Origin: a virus
Lineage: Duplodnaviria; Caudoviricetes
IMG/VR virus record: IMGVR_UViG_3300011008_000049
Location: 64,001 to 128,000 of that record
Length of the DNA stretch: 64,000 nt
Reading direction: 5' to 3' (one strand)
Shown here: positions 19,483-30,265 of the stretch, one piece after another
How positions within the stretch are numbered: position 1 is the first letter of the stretch
Layout of the letters: each line of letters begins with the position of its first letter
The notes under the pieces: generated by a model
What the model was told of the DNA's origin: nothing
Database searches by the model: none
What the model saw: only the letters and a program-made list of their open reading frames with translations
Program-made: the position numbers and the translations under genes

Positions 19483-22400
19483 ATGTATAAGAATTACCAT
19501 AAACATGACCACTACGGCAATCCGTGGGCTATGGATGTTGTAGTAAAACCAGAAGAATATTGTAAACGTGCTATTGAACTTGGTCATGATTCTGTATTTA
19601 CTGTCAATCATGGTGTTACAGGAAATATATTTGAATGGATGGAATTATCCAAACAATATGGCTTGAAAATGCACTATGGCACAGAAGCATATTATGTCAA
19701 GGATAGGTTTGAAAAAGATAGAAGCAATAAACACTTAATTGTTATTGCCAAGAACAATGACGGTGTAATGCAATTAAATGACATTATGACAGAAGCACAC
19801 TCTACGGGTTTCTATTACAAGCCAAGAATTGACTATGAACTTTTATGTTCATTGAATCCAAGCAACTTTGTTATTACAACTGCCTGTGTTGCTGGTATCT
19901 GGAATGAACCGGAATTGATACTTGCCTTACATAGAAAGTTTGGTAAGAATTTTTTCCTTGAAGTACAAGCGCATCCGATTGATATTCAGGTTGAGGTAAA
20001 TAAAGAAATTCTACGATTAAGTAAAGAAGCAAAAATACCTATTATCCACGCAAATGATAGCCATTACATATATCCAGAAGATTCGAGATATAGAGAGATT
20101 CTTCAAAAAGCAAAAGAAATGAATTACGAATATGAAGATGAAATGGTTTTGGATTATCCGGATGAAGATGAAATATATCACAGATATGAGAAACAGGGTG
20201 TTCTTACAAGAGAGCAAGTGAAAGCAGCATTAGATAATACTATGATATTTGATGAATGCGAACCAATCACTCTCATAAATGATGATATTAAGTTACCATC
20301 TGTTTCTGCTCAACCAATGGAGGACTTAAAAACCATTATCCGAGAACAATGGAAAATTGAAAGAAATAGCATTCCAAAGGAATTATGGAAGAAATACACA
20401 GATGCTATTTCCTATGAATTGGATATTGTTGACAGAACAAATATGGCAAATTATTTCCTTATTGATTATAAGGTGGCGAAAGACGGTCAAGAAAAATATG
20501 ATGGTCGTTTAACGAACACGGGGCGTGGTTCTGCCCCATCATTCTATATTACTAAACTTCTCGGACTAACAGATATTGATAGAGTATCAGCACCAATTAC
20601 TCTATTCCCGACAAGGTTTATGTCTGTTGAAAGAATTCTCGGAACAAGAAGTTTGCCAGATATTGACCTTAATACAACAGATAGAGTTCCATTTATTAAA
20701 GCAACAGAAGATTTGCTTGGGGCAGAAAATTGTGCATGGATGCTTGCTTGGAAACCACTTCAAGATGCTTCTGCATTCAGAACATATTGCAAGGGAATTG
20801 GAAAAGACATTTCAGAATATGATAATGTTGCTAAAAACCTTGAATTGTATGAAAACGATAATAAATGGAAAGACATCATTAAAGAAAGTAAACGCTTTGT
20901 TGGTGTTATCGAGAGCATAAGCGAATCTCCATGTTCAATGCTTTTGTATGATAAGCCAGTTAGAAAAGAACTCGGATTGGTAAGAACCAGTAAAGATAAA
21001 CTGTGCTGCTTACTTGATGGTTATAATTGCGATAAATATAAATATCTGAAAAACGATTATTTAACCGTAACTGTATGGGCGATAATCAGAGACGTATGTA
21101 AACTCGCAAATATTCCGATTCCGACAATCAAAGAGATTGATGAACTGTTTGATGATAAAACTTTTGATATTTATAGAAAAGGTTTAACCAGTACAATCAA
21201 TCAGGCAGATAGTGATTTTGCAACTGGTCTTGTAACAAAGTATTGTCCGAAAAGTGTTTCAGAAATGTCTGCTTTTGTTGCGATTATCAGACCAGGATGC
21301 GCAAGTCTTTTACAAGACTTCATTGATAGAAAACCATACACAACCGGTGTGCCGGAACTCGATGAAATTCTTGTTGAGGGTAAGCACAGAATGATTTATC
21401 AGGAATTGATTATGAAATATCTGATTTGGCTTGGTATTCCAGAAACCGGCTCATACGATATTATCAAAAAGATTGCAAAAAAGAAATTCAAAGAAGAAGA
21501 ACTTGCAGACCTTAAAAAGAAGCTCCTTGTTGGTTGGAAGAACAGAGTAGGCAAAGAAGAAGGATTCATTGAAACGTGGACTGTTGTTGAACAGGCTGCA
21601 AAGTATTCCTTTAACGCATCTCACTCTTTATCCTACGCCTATGATAGTTTGTATGGGGCGTACCTGAAATCGCATTATCCGCTTGAATACTACACGGTTG
21701 CGCTTAACTATTATAATGGCGATTCAGATAGAACTCTAAAACTTACGAATGAATTATCAAACTTTGGAATTCAACTTAAACCCATTAAGTTTAGATTCTC
21801 AAAAAGTAACTATGCACCATCGAAAGATGACAACAGCATATATAAGGGTATAGAGAGTATTAAAAATATGAACGCCAAAGTTGCAGATGAAATCTATACT
21901 CTGAAAGACAATAAATATGATACTTTCATTGACTTATTAGAGGACATTTGCAGTAAGACCGGTACAAAGAAAAATCAAATAAGAATTCTGATTGAATTGG
22001 ATTTCTTTGCGGAATTTGGTGATGCGAATTTGCTTATGGCTCAATATGATTTCTTTGATAAATTTAATGACAGAAGCCAATTCAAAAAAGATGAGCTTCA
22101 AAAACTTAATATTCCTTTGGACTTAATAAGAAAATATTCTGGCAAAGAAACAGAAAAAATGTTTACAAGTGTTGATTTTGAATCTTTCGTTAGGGTTGCC
22201 ATTAACTATTTAACAGCGCCTCCGAGAAAACTTTCAGAGCAGATAAATGCTCAAACAGAATACCTCGGATATATAACAATTGCCGATGATAGATACAGTA
22301 GAATGGCGGCTGTTCTTTCAGTAGATACAAAATATTCTCCGAGATTAAAAATGTATTCTCTGAAAAACGGAACAACATTAGATTGCAAAATTGATAAAAA

Positions 22401-22563
22401 AACATTCAACAAAGAAAAACTTGCTGTTGGTAATATAGTCAGAATAAATGGAACAAAACAAAAGCCAAAGGTTAAGAAAAATGAAGAAACCGGTGAATGG
22501 GAAGCCATTCCTGGTACAAGCGAATTGTGGATTACAACATATCATAAACTTAACGATTTATAA
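19483..22563 (+). CDS. dnaE: DNA polymerase III alpha subunit
   Basis: PHP domain HKHDH; GRGSA; PDIDL; KYSFNASH. Confidence 0.95.
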   Translation: MYKNYHKHDHYGNPWAMDVVVKPEEYCKRAIELGHDSVFTVNHGVTGNIFEWMELSKQYGLKMHYGTEAYYVKDRFEKDRSNKHLIVIAKNNDGVMQLNDIMTEAHSTGFYYKPRIDYELLCSLNPSNFVITTACVAGIWNEPELILALHRKFGKNFFLEVQAHPIDIQVEVNKEILRLSKEAKIPIIHANDSHYIYPEDSRYREILQKAKEMNYEYEDEMVLDYPDEDEIYHRYEKQGVLTREQVKAALDNTMIFDECEPITLINDDIKLPSVSAQPMEDLKTIIREQWKIERNSIPKELWKKYTDAISYELDIVDRTNMANYFLIDYKVAKDGQEKYDGRLTNTGRGSAPSFYITKLLGLTDIDRVSAPITLFPTRFMSVERILGTRSLPDIDLNTTDRVPFIKATEDLLGAENCAWMLAWKPLQDASAFRTYCKGIGKDISEYDNVAKNLELYENDNKWKDIIKESKRFVGVIESISESPCSMLLYDKPVRKELGLVRTSKDKLCCLLDGYNCDKYKYLKNDYLTVTVWAIIRDVCKLANIPIPTIKEIDELFDDKTFDIYRKGLTSTINQADSDFATGLVTKYCPKSVSEMSAFVAIIRPGCASLLQDFIDRKPYTTGVPELDEILVEGKHRMIYQELIMKYLIWLGIPETGSYDIIKKIAKKKFKEEELADLKKKLLVGWKNRVGKEEGFIETWTVVEQAAKYSFNASHSLSYAYDSLYGAYLKSHYPLEYYTVALNYYNGDSDRTLKLTNELSNFGIQLKPIKFRFSKSNYAPSKDDNSIYKGIESIKNMNAKVADEIYTLKDNKYDTFIDLLEDICSKTGTKKNQIRILIELDFFAEFGDANLLMAQYDFFDKFNDRSQFKKDELQKLNIPLDLIRKYSGKETEKMFTSVDFESFVRVAINYLTAPPRKLSEQINAQTEYLGYITIADDRYSRMAAVLSVDTKYSPRLKMYSLKNGTTLDCKIDKKTFNKEKLAVGNIVRINGTKQKPKVKKNEETGEWEAIPGTSELWITTYHKLNDL

Positions 22564-22596
22564 TAAGGGTGAATAACACTATAACGGAGGAACAAA

Positions 22597-23034
22597 ATGA
22601 TTATTAACGAAATTACACAAGATTTATTTACTGTACCGCAAGGGTATTATCTTGCTCACTGTATTAGCGGTGATTATGCTCTTGGTGCTGGAATTGCAAA
22701 GAAATTTGATGAAGTTTATAACATGAAGTTTAAGCTCCATCGTAATTATGCAATCCCTGACGGAGAGAAATATGCGAATGTTGGTAGAGCATTGCTCGTT
22801 GACAATGTTTTTAATCTTGTAACAAAAGCAAGATGTTTCCATAAACCAACATATGATACGCTTTACGACACTCTCATTGATATGAGAGAACAATGCGAGG
22901 ACTATGACATCACAAAACTTGCAATGCCTCTTATTGGCTGCGGACTTGATAAACTCGATTGGGAGCAGGTCAGAGATGTAATCGAAGATGTGTTTGGAGA
23001 ATCAGACATTGAAATTTTAATTTGTAGACTTTGA
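22597..23034 (+). CDS. Macrodomain ADP-ribosylhydrolase (TARG1/DarG-like)
   Basis: AHCISGD.ALGAGIA, FNLVTK and MPLIGCGLDKLDW. Confidence 0.9.
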   Translation: MIINEITQDLFTVPQGYYLAHCISGDYALGAGIAKKFDEVYNMKFKLHRNYAIPDGEKYANVGRALLVDNVFNLVTKARCFHKPTYDTLYDTLIDMREQCEDYDITKLAMPLIGCGLDKLDWEQVRDVIEDVFGESDIEILICRL

Positions 23035-23035
23035 G

Positions 23036-24259
23036 GTGAATACTATGCCGGAAATCACACCACGTCATTTGGTTATGGTTACGGCTGGTGCTAACAACAA
23101 TAAGTATTATGATATGACACCACATGGAGATAGCTGGACTGCTACTTATGGAAGGATAGGTAGCAGTTCACAAACCAGAACTTATCCTATTAGCCAGTGG
23201 AATTCAAAATATAATGAAAAGGTCAAAAAGGGATATGTTGACCAAACAGACCTTGTTCAAGATTTAATTAGCACAGAAAAGCCGACACAATCAGAATATA
23301 AGGATATTGAAAATAAAGTTATTGCCGATATTGTTGATAGATTACAAAGTATGGCAAGGAAAGTCATTAGTGAAAACTATACAGTATCGTCAAACAAAGT
23401 AACACAGGCAATGGTTGACGAAGCGCAATCTATTATTACCGGATTACTTGATATAACGCAAGTTGATGAGTTTAATAATACTTTATTAAAACTGTTTACA
23501 ACCATTCCGAGAAAAATGTCATCTGTCGGAAATTACATAGCAAAAGATAGCAATGAATTTAACAAGATTATTAGCAGAGAGCAAGACCTTCTTGATGTTA
23601 TGAAAGGTCAGGTTGTTCAAAAACAGACAATAGATGAAGTCAAAAATGATAATCCTGTAAATGATAAAACAATTCTTGAACATCTTGGACTTGTCTTTGA
23701 GGAATGCTCATCTGATGATGTTGCAAAAATTAAAGTTGCTCTTGGTTCTTGCTCCGATAAGTTCCATAAAGCATGGAAAGTTACAAATCTTCGTACACAA
23801 GAGAGATTTGATAAATTTGTTAAAGACAATGATATTAAAGATGTAAGACTCTTATTCCACGGAAGCAGAAACGAGAATTGGTGGTCGATTATTCAAAGCG
23901 GTTTGGTTCTTCGTCCAACAAATGCAGTTATAACCGGAAAGATGTTCGGATATGGAATCTATTATGCACCAAAAGCAAGAAAGTCATTAGGATATACAAG
24001 TCTGGACGGTAGTTATTGGGCGAGAGGAAATTCAAACTCTGGATTTATGGCTTTGATGGATGTGGCATACGGAAAGCCATATGACGTGTATTCATTTGAT
24101 AGTAAATACTACGGATTTAATTATGATGCCTTGCAAAGAAATTGTCCGGGAGCAAACTGTTTACACGCACATGAAGGCAGTATGCTGCGCAATGATGAAA
24201 TAATCGTTTATAAAGAAGAACAGTGTACGATTAAATATTTGGTCGAATTAAGAAATTAA
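23036..24259 (+). CDS. PARP-like ADP-ribosyltransferase (WGR + helical regulatory + catalytic domains)
   Basis: NNNKYY..YGRIG..KVKKGY (WGR); FTTIPR; FHGSR, GKMFGYGIYYA and NDEIIVY (H-Y-E triad). Confidence 0.9.
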   Translation: MNTMPEITPRHLVMVTAGANNNKYYDMTPHGDSWTATYGRIGSSSQTRTYPISQWNSKYNEKVKKGYVDQTDLVQDLISTEKPTQSEYKDIENKVIADIVDRLQSMARKVISENYTVSSNKVTQAMVDEAQSIITGLLDITQVDEFNNTLLKLFTTIPRKMSSVGNYIAKDSNEFNKIISREQDLLDVMKGQVVQKQTIDEVKNDNPVNDKTILEHLGLVFEECSSDDVAKIKVALGSCSDKFHKAWKVTNLRTQERFDKFVKDNDIKDVRLLFHGSRNENWWSIIQSGLVLRPTNAVITGKMFGYGIYYAPKARKSLGYTSLDGSYWARGNSNSGFMALMDVAYGKPYDVYSFDSKYYGFNYDALQRNCPGANCLHAHEGSMLRNDEIIVYKEEQCTIKYLVELRN

Positions 24260-24279
24260 AAATAATTTGGAATAACCTC

Positions 24280-24308
24280 TTGACATTACTTATGTAAAGT
24301 GATATAAT
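24280..24308 (+). promoter_or_regulatory. Sigma-A promoter flanked by AATAA..GGAATAAC motifs
   Basis: TTGACA-17bp-TATAAT with extended TG. Confidence 0.85.
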
Positions 24309-24422
24309 AAATAAGACGGAAAAAGACCAAATTAAATGGTATCGCAAAGCCCATCCTATTTGGGTTTACCAGTACATCTATAATGATAAAACTATGATTT
24401 TATTTACATTTTTAATGAAAGG

Positions 24423-24893
24423 ATGGAATTCATGACAATTGAAGAATGTCAGCTTGCAACATATAAGCATATTGAAAAAGTTCGTGAGTTTATTCAATTC
24501 TTCATAAACAGATTAACAATCAGAGGAATAGAACACGACAAAACAAAATTAGAAAGTCCAGAAGTTGAGGTATTTGCTGAATATACTCCAAAACTTGCAG
24601 AGACAACATACGGCAGCGAAGAATACTTGAACTGTCTAAAAGAAATGAATGGCGCATTGCAGCACCATTATGCAAATTATAGACATCATCCAGAACACTT
24701 CGATAAAGGTATCAATGATATGAACCTTGTAGATATTGTTGAAATGTTTTGCGATTGGAAGGCTTCTTCTCTCCGGCAAATAGACGGTAATTTATTGAAA
24801 AGTATTGAGGCAAACGCAAGTAGATTCAATATGAACACACAATTAAAACAAATACTTATCAATACAGCAAAAATGTATGACGAGCAATTATAA
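24423..24893 (+). CDS. DUF5662-like HD-related protein
   Basis: HDKTKL..HHY..RHHPEH..EMFCDW. Confidence 0.75.
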   Translation: MEFMTIEECQLATYKHIEKVREFIQFFINRLTIRGIEHDKTKLESPEVEVFAEYTPKLAETTYGSEEYLNCLKEMNGALQHHYANYRHHPEHFDKGINDMNLVDIVEMFCDWKASSLRQIDGNLLKSIEANASRFNMNTQLKQILINTAKMYDEQL

Positions 24894-24895
24894 CT

Positions 24896-25177
24896 ATGAT
24901 ATTTGAAGAAATGGAATTATATGTCTGTACTTTTGAAATAGAGAACGGACAACAGAAAACAACACAAACAATTAAAGCACCAAGATTTGTTTTACAACAG
25001 CAGTTTATTTCATGTGTGCAAGAAGCATCCCAATCAAGCACTCCAATCAAAATAAAGATGAGTCGTAAAGTTCCTATTTATGATAATTTCGATAATAAAT
25101 GGATTGAGCGTGAAGTAAGCATAACATTTGAAAATAAGTCTTATGAGGCTAAAAACAGAGGTGGTACAAGTGGTTGA
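24896..25177 (+). CDS. Hypothetical protein
   Basis: 93-aa ORF. Confidence 0.55.
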   Translation: MIFEEMELYVCTFEIENGQQKTTQTIKAPRFVLQQQFISCVQEASQSSTPIKIKMSRKVPIYDNFDNKWIEREVSITFENKSYEAKNRGGTSG

Positions 25178-25673
25178 GATATTGGGTGGAGATGAATTGC
25201 GCAATTCTTTTCCGGCGTTAGGCATACAAGCCAAAAACACATATAGAGATTCAAGATATGAAGTTTGGGAATTATCAGATGACGATTTTGAAAAAATCTG
25301 TAATGTTCCCGATGAAGAATGGAGAGAAGATTGGGGTTGGTGGAGATGTGCAGAAGGTTGCAATCTTGACAGTTGCCCAACGCATTCCTTTAAGGTAAAT
25401 AATGAAGAAATGACTGGTTGGTATGATGAATATGCCCTTGATGAATTCATCGAATCAGAAAAAGAAATCAGAGAAGATGAACAAATATCAGATGAGGAAT
25501 TAACAAAAGAATTTTTGTCTACTGAATATTCTAATTTAACTGATTATCTTTCTCAAATGTTTGGTGCAAGCACAGAAAGGAATATATGCGCTATAAGCAT
25601 TGGTCTGGCAAAACTCAACGGTATTACACTCGGACAATTATTTGAAAAATATCAAGGAGGTCAAAATGGGTAA
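25170..25673 (+). CDS. Acidic hypothetical protein
   Basis: GAGG SD and GTG start at 25170. Confidence 0.55.
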   Translation: MVEILGGDELRNSFPALGIQAKNTYRDSRYEVWELSDDDFEKICNVPDEEWREDWGWWRCAEGCNLDSCPTHSFKVNNEEMTGWYDEYALDEFIESEKEIREDEQISDEELTKEFLSTEYSNLTDYLSQMFGASTERNICAISIGLAKLNGITLGQLFEKYQGGQNG

Positions 25674-26346
25674 AGTTATTATTCTTCCGGAAACCACAAA
25701 AAATCCAATTTCACTCATTGGTGCAAGAGCGGGAGTTTGTTGGGGCGCAGATACGGAAGATGCAGAAAAGAATTACAAGCGCGGTCTTGATTGTATTGAA
25801 TCAAATCACGGAAGAACACTCGAATATGTAAATGTTGAACTTGTTCTTGATGGTTATTCCGCAAGAGTTATCAGAGAATGGTACACACATCTCGGTGGCT
25901 CTCCAACTCGCTTACAAGCATCCACAAGGTATATCAATTATAAAGATTTTGAGTATATAACTCCCGATACAATTAAAAACAACGAAACGGCTGAAAAGAT
26001 TTATAGAGACATCATGAATGAGATTTCGATAGCCGGTCAAAGACTTGAAGCACTCGGAATTCCGAGAGAAGATAGTGCATTAGTGCTTCCTCTTGGAATG
26101 ACAACAAAGATTGTAGATAAAAGAAATTTGCGCAATCTTATTGATATGTCAAAGCAAAGAATGTGTACTCGCGCTTATTGGGAATATCGAAGAATGTTCA
26201 ACGATATTTTAACAGCATTATCAAATTATTCTGATGAATGGGCGTACATAATTAAAAATCAGATGATGCCGAAATGTGAATATCTTGGGTATTGCCCGGA
26301 GAAGCATAGTTGCGGCAGAAAGCAAAAGAAAAATGAAACGAACTGA
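25666..26346 (+). CDS. thyX: Flavin-dependent thymidylate synthase
   Basis: HGRTLEY, QASTRY, GIPREDS and RMCTRAYWE; AGGAGG SD. Confidence 0.85.
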   Translation: MGKVIILPETTKNPISLIGARAGVCWGADTEDAEKNYKRGLDCIESNHGRTLEYVNVELVLDGYSARVIREWYTHLGGSPTRLQASTRYINYKDFEYITPDTIKNNETAEKIYRDIMNEISIAGQRLEALGIPREDSALVLPLGMTTKIVDKRNLRNLIDMSKQRMCTRAYWEYRRMFNDILTALSNYSDEWAYIIKNQMMPKCEYLGYCPEKHSCGRKQKKNETN

Positions 26347-26575
26347 AAACCACTGTGTAGACTGCGGTTTGCCTTGTCTTGGTAGAAGCTGTCCATACAG
26401 TCACGTTACAGTTTATTATTGTGACATATGCGGAGATGAAGGAGCGGAATATACAATAGACGGAGAGGACTATTGTGAGGAATGTGCAAAAGAATATTTG
26501 AAAGACACATTTAATGATTTAACTATATCAGAGCAAGCAGAAGCTCTTAACATAGATATAAGTTCAATTAATTAG
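26333..26575 (+). CDS. Cys-rich zinc-binding protein
   Basis: Multiple CxxC motifs. Confidence 0.55.
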   Translation: MKRTENHCVDCGLPCLGRSCPYSHVTVYYCDICGDEGAEYTIDGEDYCEECAKEYLKDTFNDLTISEQAEALNIDISSIN

Positions 26576-26580
26576 GAGGA

Positions 26581-27144
26581 ATGATAATGATTGTGGTTTT
26601 AGTTGGAGAAAGTGCAAGCGGCAAATCAACAATCGAAAAACTCATAAAAGAAAGAGACAGTTCTTTCACTAAAATTGTTTCGTACACAACAAGACCGATG
26701 AGAGATAAAGAGCAAAACGGTATTGATTACCACTTTATTTCTGATGATGAATTTACCGATATGGTTTCCGCAAATGCTTTTATCGAAAGCGCACAATATA
26801 GAGGTTGGAATTATGGCTCTGCAAAAAAAGATTATGATGATGGTAATAATCATGTTGTTGTTTTAACTCCGCATGGTTGCCGTTCATTAAAGAGATGGGC
26901 TAAAACCAATCCTGGAACAAAGGTTATTTCAATCTACTTTGATGTAGATAGGCGTTCAAGAATGATTAAGATTCTCCGGCGTGGAGATGACATTGATGAA
27001 GCATACAGAAGAAACATTTCAGATGTTGGTCAATTCGATGGATTTGCTGATGAAGCAGATTATGTTATTAAGAATAATGGCTATGAAAAATCAATCGAAG
27101 ATGTTTACTCGGAAATAAGAAAAATAATTGACGGTGAATTATGA
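26581..27144 (+). CDS. gmk: Guanylate kinase-like protein
   Basis: GESASGKS, SYTTRPMR..E.NGIDYHF. Confidence 0.9.
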   Translation: MIMIVVLVGESASGKSTIEKLIKERDSSFTKIVSYTTRPMRDKEQNGIDYHFISDDEFTDMVSANAFIESAQYRGWNYGSAKKDYDDGNNHVVVLTPHGCRSLKRWAKTNPGTKVISIYFDVDRRSRMIKILRRGDDIDEAYRRNISDVGQFDGFADEADYVIKNNGYEKSIEDVYSEIRKIIDGEL

Positions 27145-27578
27145 AAACTTTCAAGATATTCACTGCCGGAAAGATGGGCGGACTTGATTATAAAAGTCAA
27201 ATGAATTGGAGAAAAGAAATAGAAAACTTAATTACTTCTGTTTCTGACAAATCTATATCTTTTGTTCATCCGCCCTTATATTATCAATATAAAGAAAATG
27301 ACATCAAAAATGATGTCGAATCAAGAACATGGGAAATTAACCAACTCATAGATAGCGATATTGTAATAGTTGATTTATCATCAATATCAGACAGTATAGG
27401 AACACATATTGAACTTGGTATAGTCGAAGCTATTAACAGAATGTCAAATAAAAACATCTATGTTGTTGGAGTTGGAAAACCTAATGTTAATCATCCGTGG
27501 ATTTCTCTCGGTATATTCCATCAGGAAGATACATTGGAAGAAGCAGCGGATTACATAATAAATTATCTTTTGGTGTAA
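27141..27578 (+). CDS. Nucleoside 2-deoxyribosyltransferase-like protein
   Basis: IFTAGKM..WR..SDIVIV..SIGTHIELG. Confidence 0.7.
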   Translation: MKTFKIFTAGKMGGLDYKSQMNWRKEIENLITSVSDKSISFVHPPLYYQYKENDIKNDVESRTWEINQLIDSDIVIVDLSSISDSIGTHIELGIVEAINRMSNKNIYVVGVGKPNVNHPWISLGIFHQEDTLEEAADYIINYLLV

Positions 27579-27589
27579 AGGAGAAGAAA

Positions 27590-27802
27590 ATGAATATTAT
27601 TTTATATTCAACAGGTTGTCCAAAGTGTAATGTTCTAAAAAAGAAACTTGCGGATAAGAACATAAAATACACAGAAAACAACGATGTCGATACAATGGTG
27701 TCTCTCGGCATTGACCAAGTTCCCGTGCTTTCAGTAGACGGTAAACTGTTGCAATTCTCGGAGGCTAATAACTGGATTAACGAAAGTGAGGAAAAGAATT
27801 GA
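27590..27802 (+). CDS. Glutaredoxin/NrdH-like redoxin
   Basis: YSTGCPKC and cis-Pro VPVL. Confidence 0.85.
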   Translation: MNIILYSTGCPKCNVLKKKLADKNIKYTENNDVDTMVSLGIDQVPVLSVDGKLLQFSEANNWINESEEKN

Positions 27803-29763
27803 ACATACCGATTAAAGTAAATAGAGACTTTGAAAAATCTCTTTTATCATTGAGCGATAAATACGGAGAAGATTTTGAAATCCTCAATGGGATTCACGAA
27901 TCACAACTTAATTTCTCCGATTTCATTGATGGGTTTATTGACAGAAATATTGCAGATGTAACCATTGATGCTAATGCAAACGCTTCAAATAAAGACATTC
28001 GCAGTCTGTTAAGCGAAAAAGGTAAATCAGAAGATAAACTTTTTGCACTCAATAAAATCTTCTACGAACTGAAAAAGAAATATAATTTAAGAACTGCAAA
28101 AGAATGGCTTGAAACAGAATATAACGGTGGATTTTATCTGCATGATGCACCGACTTCTACATACTTACCATATTGTTACGCTTATGACCTTACTCGTCTG
28201 GCTACTGAAGGTTTGTTCTTTTTGAAAAACTACAACAATCAGCCGCCAAAACATCTCACCACATTTATTGATGATGTAATTGAGTTCATCAGTTATATGT
28301 CAAATCGAAGTTCCGGCGCAGTTGGAATTCCAAACATTTTGATTTGGACATATTATTTTTGGAAAAAGGATTGTGAAACAGGCTATCCAATTAAGAATGA
28401 TGATTATTATTTGAGACAGTCATTCCAAAAGTTAATCTATCGTTTGAATCAGCCATTCATGAGAATTGACCAAACTGCATTCGTTAATGTTTCAATCTTC
28501 GATAGAAACTATATCGAATCTCTGTTCGGCGGAATGGAATATCCAGATGGAACATTCGTTATTGACAATATTGAAGAACTTATTGAACATCAAAAAACCT
28601 TTATGGAAGTTGTATCAAGTATCAGAAGCGAGAATATGTTTACATTCCCGGTATTAACATATTCGCTCCTGAAAAGAAACGACATTTCAGAAGATGAAGC
28701 AAATGAAATGATTAAAAATAAAAACTACAATGTTTTTGTTGATAATGAGTTTGCAAGATGGTGTTCAGACCACAATATGAAATGGAACGATAGTAATTTC
28801 TTCATTAGTGAAGATGTCACAACACTTTCAAACTGTTGCAGGCTTTTATCAGACACTACAAAATTAAGTGGATTTATTAATTCAATTGGTGGTACGGCAC
28901 TTTCCATTGGCTCTGTAAAGGTAAATACAATCAATCTTATGCGTATTGCATTAGAGACTGAATGTGATGAAAAGAAATATCTTGCATTGCTCCGCAAAAG
29001 AACACTTCTTTGTTGCAAGACACTCGAAACTATTCGCCATATCATTAAAAGAAATGTAGAAAAAGGACTTTTGCCAAACTACCAAGATGGCGCAGTTGAA
29101 ATGAGCAAGCAGTATTGCACCATCGGTATTCTCGGTTTGTATGAAGTGATTGAGGCTTTTGGTTATACGAAAACAGATGAATTCGGCTATATTTCATATA
29201 CAGATGAAGGTATCGGATTCGCAAGCAAGATTTTTGATGTTTTGAATGATGTAAAAGACACATTTACAAACGACTTTTCATTTAACATCGAAAGTGTTCC
29301 AGCAGAAAGGGCTGCGGTTATTCTTTGCCAGAAAGATAATCAACTCTATAACCTGAATGAAAAGTTTATCTATTCAAATCAATGGATTCCTCTTTCAGCG
29401 AAATGTACCATAAAAGAGAAATTAAGATTGAGTTCTATTCTTGATATTAAATGCTCTGGCGGTTCAATCAGTCATATCAATCTTGAATCTAATTTCCCGA
29501 ACTCCGATGCAGCGTGGGATGTTCTGAACAAAATCGCATTATCAAATGTAATCTATTTTGCGTTTAACACACGAATCAATGAATGCAAAAACCATCACGG
29601 ATTTGTTGGAACTGATATTTGTCCTGTTTGCGGAGAACCTGTATTTGATACATACCAAAGAATTGTTGGCTATCTTGTTCCGACAAGAAGTTATTCAAAA
29701 GATAGATTCAGAGAATTTAACACAAGAAAATGGTATGAATACGCCGAAATGGTTGGTGAATAA
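27799..29763 (+). CDS. nrdD: Anaerobic (class III) ribonucleoside-triphosphate reductase
   Basis: SNCCRL finger loop, ESVPAE, zinc site and glycyl-radical QRIVGYL. Confidence 0.92.
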   Translation: MNIPIKVNRDFEKSLLSLSDKYGEDFEILNGIHESQLNFSDFIDGFIDRNIADVTIDANANASNKDIRSLLSEKGKSEDKLFALNKIFYELKKKYNLRTAKEWLETEYNGGFYLHDAPTSTYLPYCYAYDLTRLATEGLFFLKNYNNQPPKHLTTFIDDVIEFISYMSNRSSGAVGIPNILIWTYYFWKKDCETGYPIKNDDYYLRQSFQKLIYRLNQPFMRIDQTAFVNVSIFDRNYIESLFGGMEYPDGTFVIDNIEELIEHQKTFMEVVSSIRSENMFTFPVLTYSLLKRNDISEDEANEMIKNKNYNVFVDNEFARWCSDHNMKWNDSNFFISEDVTTLSNCCRLLSDTTKLSGFINSIGGTALSIGSVKVNTINLMRIALETECDEKKYLALLRKRTLLCCKTLETIRHIIKRNVEKGLLPNYQDGAVEMSKQYCTIGILGLYEVIEAFGYTKTDEFGYISYTDEGIGFASKIFDVLNDVKDTFTNDFSFNIESVPAERAAVILCQKDNQLYNLNEKFIYSNQWIPLSAKCTIKEKLRLSSILDIKCSGGSISHINLESNFPNSDAAWDVLNKIALSNVIYFAFNTRINECKNHHGFVGTDICPVCGEPVFDTYQRIVGYLVPTRSYSKDRFREFNTRKWYEYAEMVGE

Positions 29764-30252
29764 ATGCTTATCAAAAACTTAATAGATGAGGATTTTGTAA
29801 ATTATAAACTTCCATCAATGTTTATTGGATGCCATTCTTGTTCTTTTAAGTGCGATAAATTACATGGTAGGCAAGTGTGTCAAAATGGCGCACTTGCCAA
29901 CTCCCCGGATATTGAAATATCAGTTGAAAGTCTTGTCGAAAGATATATCGACAATAATATCTCTATGGCTGTTGTTTTCGGCGGATTAGAACCATTTGAT
30001 GACATTGATAATGTAATGTTGTTCATTGAATTCCTACGAAACAAAAACAACAACGATGATATTATTATATACACCGGATATACGGAAGAAGAAATTACAA
30101 GCAATTATTATAACTATTATAATTTACTTAAAAAATATCCTAACATCATCATAAAATACGGAAGATATATTCCAGACCAAAAACCGCATATGGATAGTGT
30201 TTTGGGAGTTAAATTACAAAGCGATAACCAATATGCGAAAAGGATTTCATAG
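29764..30252 (+). CDS. nrdG: Class III RNR activase (radical SAM)
   Basis: CSFKC...CQN, GGLEP, IYTGY and KYGRY. Confidence 0.85.
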   Translation: MLIKNLIDEDFVNYKLPSMFIGCHSCSFKCDKLHGRQVCQNGALANSPDIEISVESLVERYIDNNISMAVVFGGLEPFDDIDNVMLFIEFLRNKNNNDDIIIYTGYTEEEITSNYYNYYNLLKKYPNIIIKYGRYIPDQKPHMDSVLGVKLQSDNQYAKRIS

Positions 30253-30265
30253 GGAGGGTTTTACA

